A DNA stretch of 64,000 nucleotides from Podarcis melisellensis (lineage: Eukaryota), in NCBI GenBank assembly GCA_964234715.1, contig OZ174277.1; one strand, given 5' to 3'. The notes beneath the pieces were generated by a model, which saw nothing but the letters and a program-made list of their open reading frames with translations, was not told where the DNA came from and searched no databases. Shown piece after piece: positions 11,878 to 24,609 of the stretch. Within the stretch, counting starts at the first letter, position 1. Each line of letters starts with the position of its first letter. Both the position numbers and the translations under genes were made by a program.

Positions 11878-14800
11878 GAGGATAAAGTTATAGCTGGCAT
11901 TATTGATCAAACAACTGGAGATATGTTTTCAGTCTTGCAGTCAATTTATAAAGGCCTTATTGACTATGACACCGGAATTCAGTTGCTTCAGAGCCAGCTC
12001 ATTTTATCAGATATAATTTCACCAGCCCTGGGAAGAAGTTTTGACCTTGAAGAAGCCAAAGCCCATGAACTTGTTGATGACCAAGCTGTATTGCAACTAC
12101 AAGGTTTACAGAATGCTAAAATGGTCATTTCAGAACTGCAATCAGCAGCACTCCCAGTTGTAGCTGCTTTGGAACAGGGTTTAATTTCAGAACCTCTTGC
12201 TATTAAAATTCTTGAGATTCAGCTTTCCAGAGGACACCTAATGATACCAGCCACGGGAGAACAGCTGACTTTGCACAGAGCTTTTCAGAAGAATCTGATC
12301 TCTGCAGCATTATACACTAAACTCCTGGAAAGACGTGACATGAGCAAAGACCTTATTGACCCCAACACTGCAGAGAAGATAACCCTTGAGGAATTGCTTG
12401 AAAGAACTGTAGTACATAGAGAAACAGGCTTGAGGCTCTTGCCTGTGACCCCTCAAGAAAGAGGCAAAATAACACTAAAATGTGGAAGGAAGATAACTAT
12501 TCTGAGAGCAGCTCATGAAGGACTCATAGAGAGGGAGACCATGTTCAGGCTCTTAGGTGCCCAGCTGCTTTCTGGCGGCATAATTCATCCTGATACAGGA
12601 CACAGAATGACTGTTGAAGAAGCAATGAGAGAAGGGGTTATTGACCAGGATGCTGCTTGTGCTATTTTGACTCATCAGCTTCAGACAGGTGGGATCTTGT
12701 GTCCAAATTCATCAAAACGTTTGTCTGTAGATGAAGCTGTGCAGTGCAACCTGATCTCTTCTAGTAGTGCTTTGCTGGTACTACAGGCACAACGAGGCTT
12801 CATTGGACTCATCTGGCCACATAGTGGGGAAATATTTCCTGTATCTACATCTTTGCATCAAGGCATGATCACTAATGAGCAGGCCTGCAAAATTCTAAAG
12901 GGGCGGCAAAAAATCGCAGCACTCTATATTCCAGAAACTTGTGAAGTGATCAGCCTGGATGATGCAGCCCAGCAGGGAGTCATAGAAAGCAACGCTTCAT
13001 CAATTTTGAACAGTGTTACCCTACCTGATGAAATGCCTAATGTGGAAGATATACCGTTGCCTTTGAAAAAAGCGGCAAGATGGCTCTCGTCTTGTGAACT
13101 CCAGGCATCCAACCAACATGCTGATGGGAAGGATGTAAACACTTCTGACACCAGTGAGCCCATACCTTGCCACTCGGAACAAACTCAAAAGCTATTCATG
13201 TCTTACCTAATGATAAATAGTTGTATGGATGCGAACACCGGTCAGAGGCTTTTGTTGCATTGTGGTGACTTAAATGAAACAGTCAGCCTGTTAATGGGTG
13301 GCAGTCGTTCTGAAAATAATACAAATGAGACTGAGGGGCAATTGTGTTTAAACACAAAAGCACAACATATTGAGCAACAGCCCAAAGGGGCAATGTTTAG
13401 TGATCTCACTAGCAATGTTTCAGAACAAGATACAAGTATTCAAAATATATCCAGCAGCAATAAGAGGGAGGCATTTTGTAAAGATCACCAGAATGACATA
13501 GTCTCAGGGAGAAATGGTTTTCATATTGTGGCTCGTGCTTCAGAGCAGTCAGAATGTGTCACGAATAGATCTGGAAAGGAAATCAATCCAGGTCAAAATC
13601 TTGAAAAAGAAAATGCACTTGGAAGTTTACTGAAACTTCCAGAACAAATGCCAGTGGAAGGGTATGAAAATTTAACTGACCAAGCAAACGCTGAAAATGC
13701 TGAAATGAAAACATCTGTTTCAAACTGTTCACAAGGACACCTTCCTCCAATAGTAAATGAAGATAACATTTGCATAGTAGAGGGGGAGAACATTAAGGGG
13801 AGTGAAAACGACTCCCCAGGCATCTTCAGTAGTGTTTTGGATGCAAATTATTCTTCAGCTATTAAGAAAGATGAGAAAGCTCAAGCAAGCACTAACGTTT
13901 CACATCTCATGGACAACAGCCCGCAAAAATGCATGCCTCAGGTTTTGCAGATTGAAGAAGGCATTATGCTAATGAAGAACAATGTGAAAGATGAGGTAAA
14001 AGATGACTTTCAGGATAGTTTATACACTAGTATAGAACCTGACCAAAAATGTTTAAATGAACGCACTAAGAAAGAATTAGAGACTTGTAATGAGAGTGGA
14101 GTATTGCAAGCGGAAACGAATGTCACCCCAATATTGCATAACATTGATGATAGGAATGGCAAGTTGCCATTAGAAGACCACTCTATAATGCATGGTGCAT
14201 GTCTTCATATGAATGATAGGCCACCACGAGAAGACATTACAGATAGCTATGGCAATTCACAATTGGAAGACCATGCTAATAAATTTGCTGGCTGTCTATT
14301 GGAAAACTACACCAGCATACAAGATGCATTACCATTGGAAACTAGAGTGCATACACATGACAGTCAGTTACTGGAAGATTGCACCAATAACTATAGCATG
14401 TCAGTCCTAGAAAATACTTCTAATGGTGATTCCCTCCTGGAAGACACTGTAAATTTGATCCATGGATTATTACAGGAAGAACAGACTGAAAGTGGGCAAC
14501 CTGTAGAAAATCAGATGAATATCAGTGATGGAGAACAACCCATAGATAAGGCTAATATATGTAGTGTATCTTTGCTTGATGACCATACCAGTTCTGATGG
14601 CATTGCACTGTTGGAATATCATACTGTAGATAAATATATTGGACCAATTCAGAGAAACGGTGCTATTACTCATGCTGGATGTCCACTCAAGGATTCCATT
14701 GATACAAATGCTGGGCTCCCAGTAAAAGTCACTACTGACACTCTCGATGGGTCATCCATTAAAATCAATACTGATAGTGAGTCCACATCACCTCTGGAAG

Positions 14801-17547
14801 TCAGTGCTAGTATGAAGCATGATGAACCACCTGTGAATGACAGCAAGTCAACATTTGAATGTGGCTCGCTAGTTCTGGAAGGCAATAACAGCAAGCAATC
14901 TGAGCTGTTGCATAAAAGAGAACATAGTACTCAGTCAGAAGATCCTTGTGATCCAACTCAACATAAAGATCGCAGTGAAACCTGTGATGCTCTGCAAATT
15001 GATCATAACAATGGTACAGTATGTAGCTCAGACAGAATAAACAAAGGTGACTCCTCTGTTGTTAAAGAAGATGCTACTCCAGAGCTCGTCCACAGTGCAG
15101 TAGCCATCAATGGAGTAGCAGACGAGTTGCAAGAAAAAGCAAAATCTTCCACGGGCAACCTAAGTAAGGAAGAAGAATGCATTCTGTGCTTTAGTGAAAC
15201 AAGTGACTCTGATACACTTGAAATTATAAATATGGCAGCATTCAATGCAAGGCTACTAGGCACAATTCTAGAAGACAAGGCAGAAAGCAGTAGAGATATA
15301 GAAGATAATGGTCAGAAAAAAGAAAGGGAAGAAAGTAAAGAGATTGACAGCTCCCTGGAAAAGTTGGATGAAGCTAAAATGCAAAGAGGTGAGCACAAGG
15401 GCATTAAAATGAAAGAAGATGACTCTGAGAGTGAACATGAAAGCATATGTATGGATGACAGTGATGATGATGGCAGTGGCAATAGTGATGATAATGGCAG
15501 TAGCGATAATGGTGACAGTGGGGATGATTTTGAAGGTTATGATTATGTGGATTTTGATTATGATACTTATGATGAGACAGATTATGAAGATGAAGAGGTA
15601 TTGGAAATGCATTACTCTCAGTGCCATGATAAAAACATTGGGGTCCAGGTGTCTGCACTTTCAGAGGCAACAGGAAACAATGGTTTACAGTGCCCTGAAA
15701 GCTACAGTGCTAATGAATATCAAAATTTAGCTGATGTTGTTAAAGAAAACATTCAGGACCTACCATGTAAAAGTAAAGAGGGAAGCCAGCAAGAAACAGA
15801 ACAGGCTTCTGACCCTTTCATGCAAGACAACCTTGCATTACAGAACAGTCAAACCTCCCAATTAAGCATAAGCAATGGTGCAACATCAGAAGACGCAATT
15901 GGAACAGAAAATATTAGTGCCAAGTCTGATATACCTTCTCAAAGAAACTTACACGCTGAACACAGGGAAGCTAAAATTCTTGATGATATATCAATGCCAT
16001 GTTTGAATTGTGAGAAAAGACAAGAAGTAGATAATGGAAAACAAGCATCTACCAGTATGCCACATAGTCAAGTAGAAATTGGTGCGCTGAAACAAAATAA
16101 AAATGGAGTGTGCATTCTGAAGGAAGATCATATCCAGGAATCAAGTGGAAGCCTTAGGGAGCCTTATTCATCAGTTATTAAAAATGGTTATGAAATTACT
16201 GCCTCATATGATGAAAAAATAAGTATTGCTCAAACTTCAAATAAGCCCACATTGGTTACAGACTCCAATGGCATTGCTAAAGATGAATCAGTGCACTATG
16301 TAGAGGGGTTTGACCTCTCTACTTATTTAAAACAAAGTGCGAAAGATATAATGGCCAAGGATATCTTAGCAATGAGAGAGAATGGTTCATCTTACCTAAA
16401 GGAAGGTGAAAGAGACAGTGAAGAGAATAGAGAGGAGCTAGTGGTATCAGGAAGTGGAAACTGCGAGGGAAAACAGCACCTAAAAGAATTGCACCCCAAA
16501 CAACAGCTGTTTCCTTCATCAGTTGTATCAGAACCCACAAGAGATAAAGTTAGCAGAGAGGCTAGTGCTCATTCCAAGGTGTATCATGATGAAAGCTACA
16601 AATGTGATTTCAACAATATGGAGCGTGTTGAAGCTATTGGAAAAGTAGGGAGCAAGGTTGATGAAACAGCTTCTGGAGAAGATACATGTGTAATTGGATC
16701 TTCTTATAGTACTTTAGACACCAGAGATGATAGCCAGAATAGCTATGAGCAGAAAGCACATGAAGCAGAGGTCACTCAAAACAGTAGTTTGGGGAAGCCT
16801 ACTGAAGATGACATTCTAGACCATGAGCCTACTTTCTCTCAAAATGGCATCCAGATAAAAATGCAGCAATCACTAAAAGATGTGATGCTTTCTAATTCTG
16901 CCCCAGTCAATGATCAGGAAGTTGTTTTTCCTGAAGTGCCTCCCATATTACCTAAAAGCTTAACAAAAATACTTAAAGGAAATATAAAAGATGTTTACTG
17001 CAAGCAGGAAGAGGAACCTTTAAGTTATATTTGCACAAAAGCTTTAATGCAAAATTTACTTAAAATGGTTGATAGCACACACTGGGAAAACGAGGACCCT
17101 GCCAAATCTGCTGTCCAACATAGAAGTGAGGATACTAGAAGTGCCTCAATGGCTGCTTCGTTGTGCATACATGCAAACGAACCTAATTCTAACCCACCTA
17201 TTTGGCTTGATAATAGAAGTCCTGATCTCCTCCTCGATATACTGAAACAAGACCGCTGCAGTCAAAGAAATGAGAACACCCGTGAGACAAGGGACATGAA
17301 GGCCCAGACAGAAAGAGAGCAGCAGAAAAACGCTTCTCAGCATGACCATGCCTTTCCCATCTCAAGAGAAACTACAAGTTCATCAGGATTAAAAGCAGAA
17401 ACTGCTGGAGAGAGTACTGAAGCATTCAGTAAGGCTCTTGGTTCGAAAGGATACCCTCAGCCCGAGAAGCCATACCAGCAACCAAAAAGCTTCTCTGAAA
17501 CCTTGGAAACAGAGGACTCTGGACCAAGACCTGATTCAAAGAGCATG
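11878..17547 (+). CDS. DST: Dystonin BPAG1b-type giant exon (1890 codons): central plakin-repeat domain PRD2 followed by a long acidic/Ser-rich disordered region
   Basis: ttttag|GAG GAT AAA GTT (EDKVIAGIIDQTTG) ... ATG|gtgagt; plectin repeats e.g. RAAHEGLIERETMFRLLGAQLLSGG; 5670 nt, phase 0-0. Confidence 0.95.
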
Positions 17548-17878
17548 GTGAGTAGCAACTTACAATTTTTGTCTTAAGTAAAGACACGTAAAACAAATGA
17601 AAAATTTATTTAGTTCATTTTGGTGCTTTTGCTTGTTAGCATAATCAAAACATGGCACCTATATTACCAGTATGCACTGAATCACCTATCGCAAGGAATT
17701 GAATGTCCTCTGGTTAACATCATAGTAGAATCACAGATGAACATTTAAATTGCATCTCCAGGCTTTTTTTTTTTAAAAAAAAAAAACCCCACACATCGTC
17801 CTTTTTGTTTTTAAAAGTGATTTCCTGCTACTGTGTTGATAAGTTCTAGTTACACTAAAATGACAATAATATTTTCAG

Positions 17879-18013
17879 CAGCAATGCTCTTGGTACTTAG
17901 AGAATATGAGGAGACATTTGACAGTGGTTCAAGATATGAAATTTCTCTTGGATGACCTGCAGCCCATCAGCAATGACCTGGAAGACCTAAAAATACAACT
18001 TGAGCAGTTAGAG
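17879..18013 (+). CDS. DST: Dystonin BPAG1b-block exon (QQCSWYLENMRRHLTVVQDM...EQLE)
   Basis: ttttcag|CAG (NAGNAG acceptor) ... GAG|gtaagc, 135 nt, open, phase 0-0. Confidence 0.85.
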
Positions 18014-18951
18014 GTAAGCTTCTTATCTGTAGAGAGAGAGAAAGCGAGGTTAAATAGTGAGGTCAGATGTCATTAGTACTAAGTCTCTATATGCTGATTT
18101 TCCATGCAAAATAATATATTCAAAGTAGCTCATAAGACCCTCAAAACACAAGTCATCAGAATAAGAGTATAGTTAAATATGTATTATCTGTCATAAATAT
18201 GCTAAATCTATTTGACAAATCATAAAAAATATACTTAACATTAGCCAGTGATCATCACCCCACATTTCTCTCACCCAAAGGCACAGAAATGTGCACCCAT
18301 TTGTCATCTAATACAAAACAATGGAACAGCACACTCTTGAGTCCTTTCCCCACCGATCCCATTTACGGGCTTGGGCTACACATTACACTCTCTCCATGGG
18401 TGATTCTCTCTCTATGGTGCATGCATTTTGTAGTCCATTCCTGCTAATTTGTAGGAGGAAGAGAGAAGAGAGCATGGTGAGCCTGGCCACAATATCTAAA
18501 GTTAAGGTATCCCTGGGTAGATGGATGCTGAGATGAAGGAAAGGGGTGGTGCAGCAGTGGTTGGAGGAAGAGCTATTGCCATAGTATAAAAAATGATATG
18601 AGCAGTGTGGCAGGTGAGTGGGGAATGAGAGATAGCAAAATAAAGAGATGTGTATCTTGGGTTCTAGGGTCAATTTATCTCATTTGTGTGGCCATTTCCC
18701 AAGCTTCCCAGGGCAATTTTAGGTGGGGTGACCCCATTTTATTCTTGCATCAGCCCTGTGAGGTGGCTAGTGACTTGCTGAGTGCCCATGAACATCATGA
18801 CTGGGTGGGGATTTCAGGTCTCCCAGCCATCTCTAGGACTAATGGTACTTCTCCCTAAAATGCAGAAGTTTCTTCTTCTGTCTTGCACGCAGTGCTACTA
18901 ATTTTAGGCAAGACCTTAATGCACCTCATCTGTATTTATTTATTTTTGTAG

Positions 18952-19167
18952 TCATTTGAATCAGGGCTTGCTGGCTTTGCTGTTACTCTGCGAAAAGATA
19001 TGAAGTTAGCAGAAGAGTTTCTAAAATTTCAGCACAAGGATGTTCCCAGAGCACAGCTTGTGGATCTAAAAGAAAGCTATGAATGTTTGGAGAAGGATTT
19101 CTTTGGGGTCTGCGAAATGTCTTCAAATCGAGCAAAGCAAATAGTCTTGGCAGTAGACTCTGAAATG
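18952..19167 (+). CDS. DST: Dystonin BPAG1b-block exon (SFESGLAGFAVTLRKDMKLAEEFLK...VDSEM)
   Basis: tttgtag|TCA ... ATG|gtaggt, 216 nt, open. Confidence 0.9.
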
Positions 19168-20109
19168 GTAGGTTCATAGCCCACATCTATTTTACTTCTA
19201 TAGATTTTTAACCTATCCAACTCCAAACTTAGATTTAGTTCAACCATTTTAAACAAAACCAAGTGTAAAATTCAAATAAGTATTGTAAAATGGTTTTGCA
19301 TACGTGGTGACAAATTTATTGCCTGATACTAGCTAGCTGGAACCCATGCTCTAAAAGTTTGTTCACAATGAATGATCACTTGCAGCACAATCCTGTGCGT
19401 GCCTCTGTGTTCATTGGGGCTTATTTGTAGGAAAGTGTGTGTAGGATTGCAGATGCATTCCTTCTGAATCACAGCGAATACAAAAACTTGTGCATCCATT
19501 GATTACTTGAACATCAAATGATGATGTGCATGTGTGATTCAGTGATCATAGATCAGCACCGCAGACAAGAGCTTTCTCAAACAATTCATTTTAATGTTTT
19601 CATGTTCAGTTGTGTATCCATTGATTGTGGTGGTGGCGGCGGTAGTAGTAGACTTATAACCCACCCTGCACTAAATAGTCTCAGAGCACGTTACAAAAAT
19701 ACCAACCTAAATTGATAAGCATGTGTACATGAGTTTGTTCTTAGTCTCATTATTTAGTGAGTTTTGAAAGAAAAGGAGTTCCATTATCGTGAAATGGTAA
19801 CTGGGATTGGAAAGAATTTGCTGTCTCCTAAAGATTTTTTGTTAGATAAGTGATATAAACCTTTTGCCCATTGTTGAAGTGTCAGAATTAAATAGACTTT
19901 GCGTATGCAAATGGTATCATCAGCAAAGTGTTCTTGTAGATCTAAAATATGCCACATGTATATAGTGGAAAAAATATCTCCTTATTTTACCGATTATGTC
20001 AGTAGCTTTGTTTCGCTGTCATCTAACTGAAATCTTTTGGTTTGGTTTTCATTTTAGTTTGGTTTAGGTCTGTTGTCGGATAAATATCTTATTTGAACTT
20101 CTTTTCCAG

Positions 20110-20256
20110 GCTAAACTTTCAGTGCTTCATCAGAAACATCTAGTCAAGCTGCAGGAGTTTACAGGTTGGATTGAGGAGAAGAGTGAAATAATGAATAATC
20201 TCAAAGTGGATACATGTGATATAGAAGATGTGAAGCAAAGGTTTCAGTTACTCAAG
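20110..20256 (+). CDS. DST: Dystonin BPAG1b-block exon (AKLSVLHQKHL...KQRFQLLK) with non-canonical GC donor
   Basis: ttccag|GCT ... AAG|gcatgt, 147 nt; this end keeps phase 0 with the next exon, whereas the adjacent GT sites do not. Confidence 0.8.
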
Positions 20257-21094
20257 GCATGTATCACTTGGTGCCTAATCTGTCAGTGACTGTTAACTTC
20301 TAGATATGATGTTTTGTAGCTGATGTCCACTCTGATTCAGTACTAGTTACTGATAACCTACATGTTCAAAAGTAGTGATAGTTTGGGTGATCATTGTTAG
20401 TTCGGATAGGCAGTCAGGTTTTGTGCAAGTAACACTCCTATAGTTTTAACAGAATGCTTACAGAAGTTCTGAATCTCAATAGTAGAAAATAATTCTTCCT
20501 TGAGGTTGGTGCTAGGCTCAACATCAGAAAATGCTGTCAGTAAGTTTATGATTTAACTCATTATCAGTCACATATTTTGCACATATGTCCACCAAGACTG
20601 TAGCAAACACAGCCTCAGTGTAATTCCCTTCAGTGCAATGATTCAAAAATAAAGGGTGGAGTCAGCAGAAGACTTGAACAACAACTTCTGCTGATGCAAT
20701 GGGGTTTCCCCCCTCTCCTCCCCAACATTACACTTAACATTATGTAGATCTGATGTTGCGAGTCAATGAATTTGAGGAAGGCTCAACAAACCTAAACGTC
20801 TAGTAATATTCTTTAATAGATTCTGGATTATGAACTGATACAGAGTGAATTCCAGATCAGATATCTGAATGATTTAAAAAAAATCAGTGAGTGAGCTTAA
20901 CCTTTTATCAAATGATAGGGCAGGCTTCCTCAATCTGGTGGCCTCTAGATGATTTGTAACAATTCCTATTGGCCCAATAACCATGCTGACTGAGGCTTAT
21001 GGAAGCTGCATGCCAAAACATCTTGAGAGCATCAGGTTGGGAAAAGCTGTTGCAGGGTTTTTTGTGCTAACTATTTTTATTACTTAATTTGCAG

Positions 21095-21328
21095 GACCTG
21101 GAGAAAGAGTTTGAATGTACAAAAATGCAGTTGGAATCCACAGCACTTGATATTCAGTTCTTCATTTCTGAGCATGCTCAAGATCTTTCCCCAAACCAGA
21201 GCAAGCAGCTCTTGAGGCTCTTGAATACCACACAGAAGCGCTTCCAGGAAATGCAAGAGACAATAAGATCCCAAGTCAACCATTTTGAAACTCTCTTACA
21301 GACAGAACAAGTTCTTGTTGACCAGAAG
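21095..21328 (+). CDS. DST: Dystonin BPAG1b-block exon ([48 protein letters not shown]...DQK)
   Basis: ttgcag|GAC ... AAG|gtttgc, 234 nt; branch-like tgctaac upstream. Confidence 0.9.
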
Positions 21329-21861
21329 GTTTGCTTCTGTGTGTGATTGTGTGCTTAGCATGACACTGAACCCAAGTGGAGACGTGACAAAATGTTGAAG
21401 TGCAGAAACTGTACTCTAGCTGAGATCGAAAGCAAAAGAATATGGTGTGCCTATCCTTCAGAATTCTAGAGCCACATGATAAATGTTTGAGGGACCAGTT
21501 GTGTGCTTCCTTCAACAGCAAGTTTTGTTTCAACAGCAATATATAGAAATGATAAAATGCTTTACCCAACAGTGGGTAATGATTTGACTTTGACTTTAAA
21601 GCTGAGTCATAAACAAACTAATAAAGCTGAGGCAGCAGACCTAGGACTTCACATTAGACTTTGGGTGTCTGTTGAAGAAGGATGCTTTGCCATCTAGTTC
21701 AGGAATCTAACCAGCTCCCTGTCCCAGGAAGCAACAATGGATGCCTCTGTGATTTGGGGAAATCACTCTGCGACTTGCATGCTGCCCTTTTGTAGGTGAA
21801 ATAGCCACAGGTGCTTGTTCTTCCTCTTGAGGGCCTTCTAAGAGGTCTGATCACTCTAGCA

Positions 21862-21953
21862 CAGGTGTGGGGAACCTTTGGCCTCCAGATATTGATGAAC
21901 TAAAACTGCTGGAGTCCAGCAACATCTGGAGGGCCAAAGGTTCCCCACATCTC
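21862..21953. mobile_element. Short palindromic hAT-type MITE (related copies ~9331-9445, 20918-21050, 33300-33428, 36088-36217)
   Basis: TIRs caggtgtggggaacctttggc / gccaaaggttccccacatct; flanked by ctctagca / ctctagtg (degenerate 8-bp TSD). Confidence 0.7.
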
Positions 21954-22029
21954 CTCTAGTGTATGGAAGGTAATGTACTCAAGAGCATTGGGAATTTGTC
22001 ATCAGTAGGGCTAACAGGGAAAAAGAAGA

Positions 22030-22220
22030 AGCAGAGTTCTACAGCAAGAGCTGTTTGACAGTGGAACAAACTCCTTGGGAGGTTGTGGACTCTCCTTCCT
22101 TGGAGGTTTTTAAACAGAGGTTGATTGGCTATCTGTCCTGGGCACTTTAGTTGAGATTCCTGCAGGGGCAGGGGGTAGACTAGATGTCCCTTGTGGTCCC
22201 TTCCAAACTCTATGATTTTA
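22030..22220 (+). mobile_element. CR1 LINE 3' end
   Basis: cagtggaacaaactcc..gtggactctccttccttggaggtttttaaacagagg..gactagatgtcccttgtggtcccttccaaactctatgatt is the canonical CR1 3' terminus. Confidence 0.8.
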
Positions 22221-22802
22221 TTAGTCTGCAAGCACCAAACAAGATTAACTTTGAAGGACAATTTCTTTTTTAATCAGTTGAGGAAGAAGGGAGAGTCTTC
22301 AGGCCAGGAAATGCAGGATTTAAAAAATATGCTTAATAGGGATGAAAGTACCGTTAAGAACAATGAGTGCCATTGCATGTCTGCTTCTGTATTGCTTAAA
22401 ACACAATAGCATTTTATATGCGGGTAATATTACATGTACCAACTGATCTAACACATGGTTTTCGACTAACCTTTGTTTTGCCATCCCCTTTTCAGAATTA
22501 ATACCTGTCTGTTACAGGTTTCAAGCCATTCAGAGATTTGGATTTTCACACGCATAATGCATGGCCAGACTTCTGCTGGGCGGTTCCATCCAAAACCTGG
22601 TCTCTTTACTTACAGCATTTGTGAGGTTTATCTCATACCTTCTATATTCAGCTTCTTTAAACTGTGTGCAGCTGCTATCATGTTTACAGCATACTCTCAG
22701 AAATAGTGTCTGGTGAAAGCTTTGAAATTTGGTTGTTTGAACATTAACCTCTATGAGAGCCTCTGAGCATTTCTATTCAGGTTTCTTCTTATTCTAAATT
22801 AG

Positions 22803-22955
22803 GACTTGGCAGACCAGCACCAGGATTTCACAGAAAAATTACAGGATATATGCGACCTTCTCACACAGACGGAAAACCAGCTGATCGGCCACAAAGAAGC
22901 ACTTGCTATTGAAGATACCAAGGCAGAGTTGCAGCAATACCAGATCAAACAGGAG
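22803..22955 (+). CDS. DST: Dystonin spectrin-repeat exon (DLADQHQDFTEKLQDICDLLTQTEN...KQE)
   Basis: aattag|GAC ... GAG|gtacaa, 153 nt, phase 0-0. Confidence 0.9.
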
Positions 22956-23934
22956 GTACAATGCTTGACTAATTGGCAGCAGCAGAGCCAGGCTGCAATC
23001 CTTACAAATCACATTGGAGTTACTTGTAAATATTTCTGAGTAAATTGCGCTTGGGAGCATTTTGCAAGCCCTGTAAATATATTTTGGACTAGCTGTTTGC
23101 ACCTCACCCGAAGTCCAGTTGAGTTTATAGTGTGAAAGTTGGTAGGTCATCAATGAGGTGCTAGCAATATCCCTTGTGTACCCTTCCAGCAGTGCCCCTT
23201 ATGTAGCCTGCACAAACATCTTGGAATGGCTCTCAAGAATGTGGGGTAAAATGAATCCACTGAACAGCAATGCGGTAGAAGAGGAGAGCTAAAATCATCC
23301 CTAGTTTAGAGGTTTGTTAGTATGCTTATGCAAAATTGTTAGATATCGCCCTTCATTTCTTCAATTCCAAAGCAGTATAAATGAGTTAAAATCACCCAAA
23401 AAACAAAAAAATGTTACTGCAAAAACCCTACAATTTTATTTATTCGTTTTTATTTATTTAACAAGATTTCTATACCACTTTATCAGCAAAAATCTCCTAA
23501 GTGGCTCACAAAAAAACATTAATTAAAACATACTGACAAAATCAAACTTTAAAAACAAATCGACACCAAATTTATCAAAATACAGCCAGCGGCTTTAAAA
23601 CAGGTATTCTTCATGGATTGTTTTTTTTAAAAAACCCTTTGTGTCTGTTTCTATACATTTTATTAACTTCTTTAAGTGAATCCTTTTTGGAGCGGAAGGA
23701 TGTGAAACAGTTTTGGGGTATTAAAAAAAGAATACTTAAAAAACATAAACAGGTAGTTCCAGTCAATATTCTCAGCCTCTGTAAAGAAGTAGCTCTTTGC
23801 GTTTGGCTTCCAATTGCTCCAATTCATGCAGTTTTTTGTTTATGCCAGTAAACGGTTCAGTCGAATGTACACTGCTTAATAGATACAAGGAGCTAAGTCA
23901 GTTGATTCATTTAGTTAGTTACTTATTTATTTGG

Positions 23935-23936
23935 AT

Positions 23937-23983
<47 letters not shown>

Positions 23984-23986
23984 TTT
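23935..23986. repeat. (ATTT)n microsatellite
   Basis: Direct read, about 13 units. Confidence 0.95.
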
Positions 23987-24574
23987 GCCCTCTCAGTTAA
24001 ACAACCATCACGGCAAGCTTGCAAGTGATTGAAATAACAACTCCTTACACAACCCGTCAGCTTCATGTCCCTTGGATGGAGTCAGAGTTTGCTTCCTTTC
24101 TGACCTGAAGTTCCTGGATAATAAGCAGTTGGAGCCAAGTGTTCTTTCTTGCAGGGAGAGGAAGAAGCAAACACCCCACAGCTGCCCCATTTCAGGCTTT
24201 TGCATAATGTCAGGGTGGACTTCCCTTGTGGTGGTGTCCCTTCTGTGGCGGAAGGCAGGAGATGAAGGCTTCCAGAAGCCCTTTGTTCCCTGGTCAGTGG
24301 CAAAGGCCAGAGTGTGTTTACCTTGACTTCCCAGGGCATCTTGTGATCACGTGACACATGCAGTTAGCTGTAATGCATGTGTCAATTTGACCGGCCCATT
24401 AGATTTCTAAAAAATGCAGAGAATTGTGTATATTAGCTTTTTGCAGTGCAAGATGTTAGTAAACAAAATTATTTCTGAATAATTCCAAAAAGTTAAAGTT
24501 GATGGCTTGTGCAGTGGTGGCAGGGCCATCTAGTATTCTTGGCTGCTGGAGGCAAAGGACAAGATAGCAAACAT

Positions 24575-24576
<2 letters not shown>

Positions 24577-24608
<32 letters not shown>
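24577..24608. repeat. (AC)n microsatellite
   Basis: Direct read, about 16 units. Confidence 0.95.

Positions 24609-24609
<1 letters not shown>

Noticed and set aside
15268-15730. Overlapping His-rich and Met/Ile-rich ORFs
   Set aside because: Alternative-frame and antisense shadows of the GAT-rich acidic tract in the DST exon.
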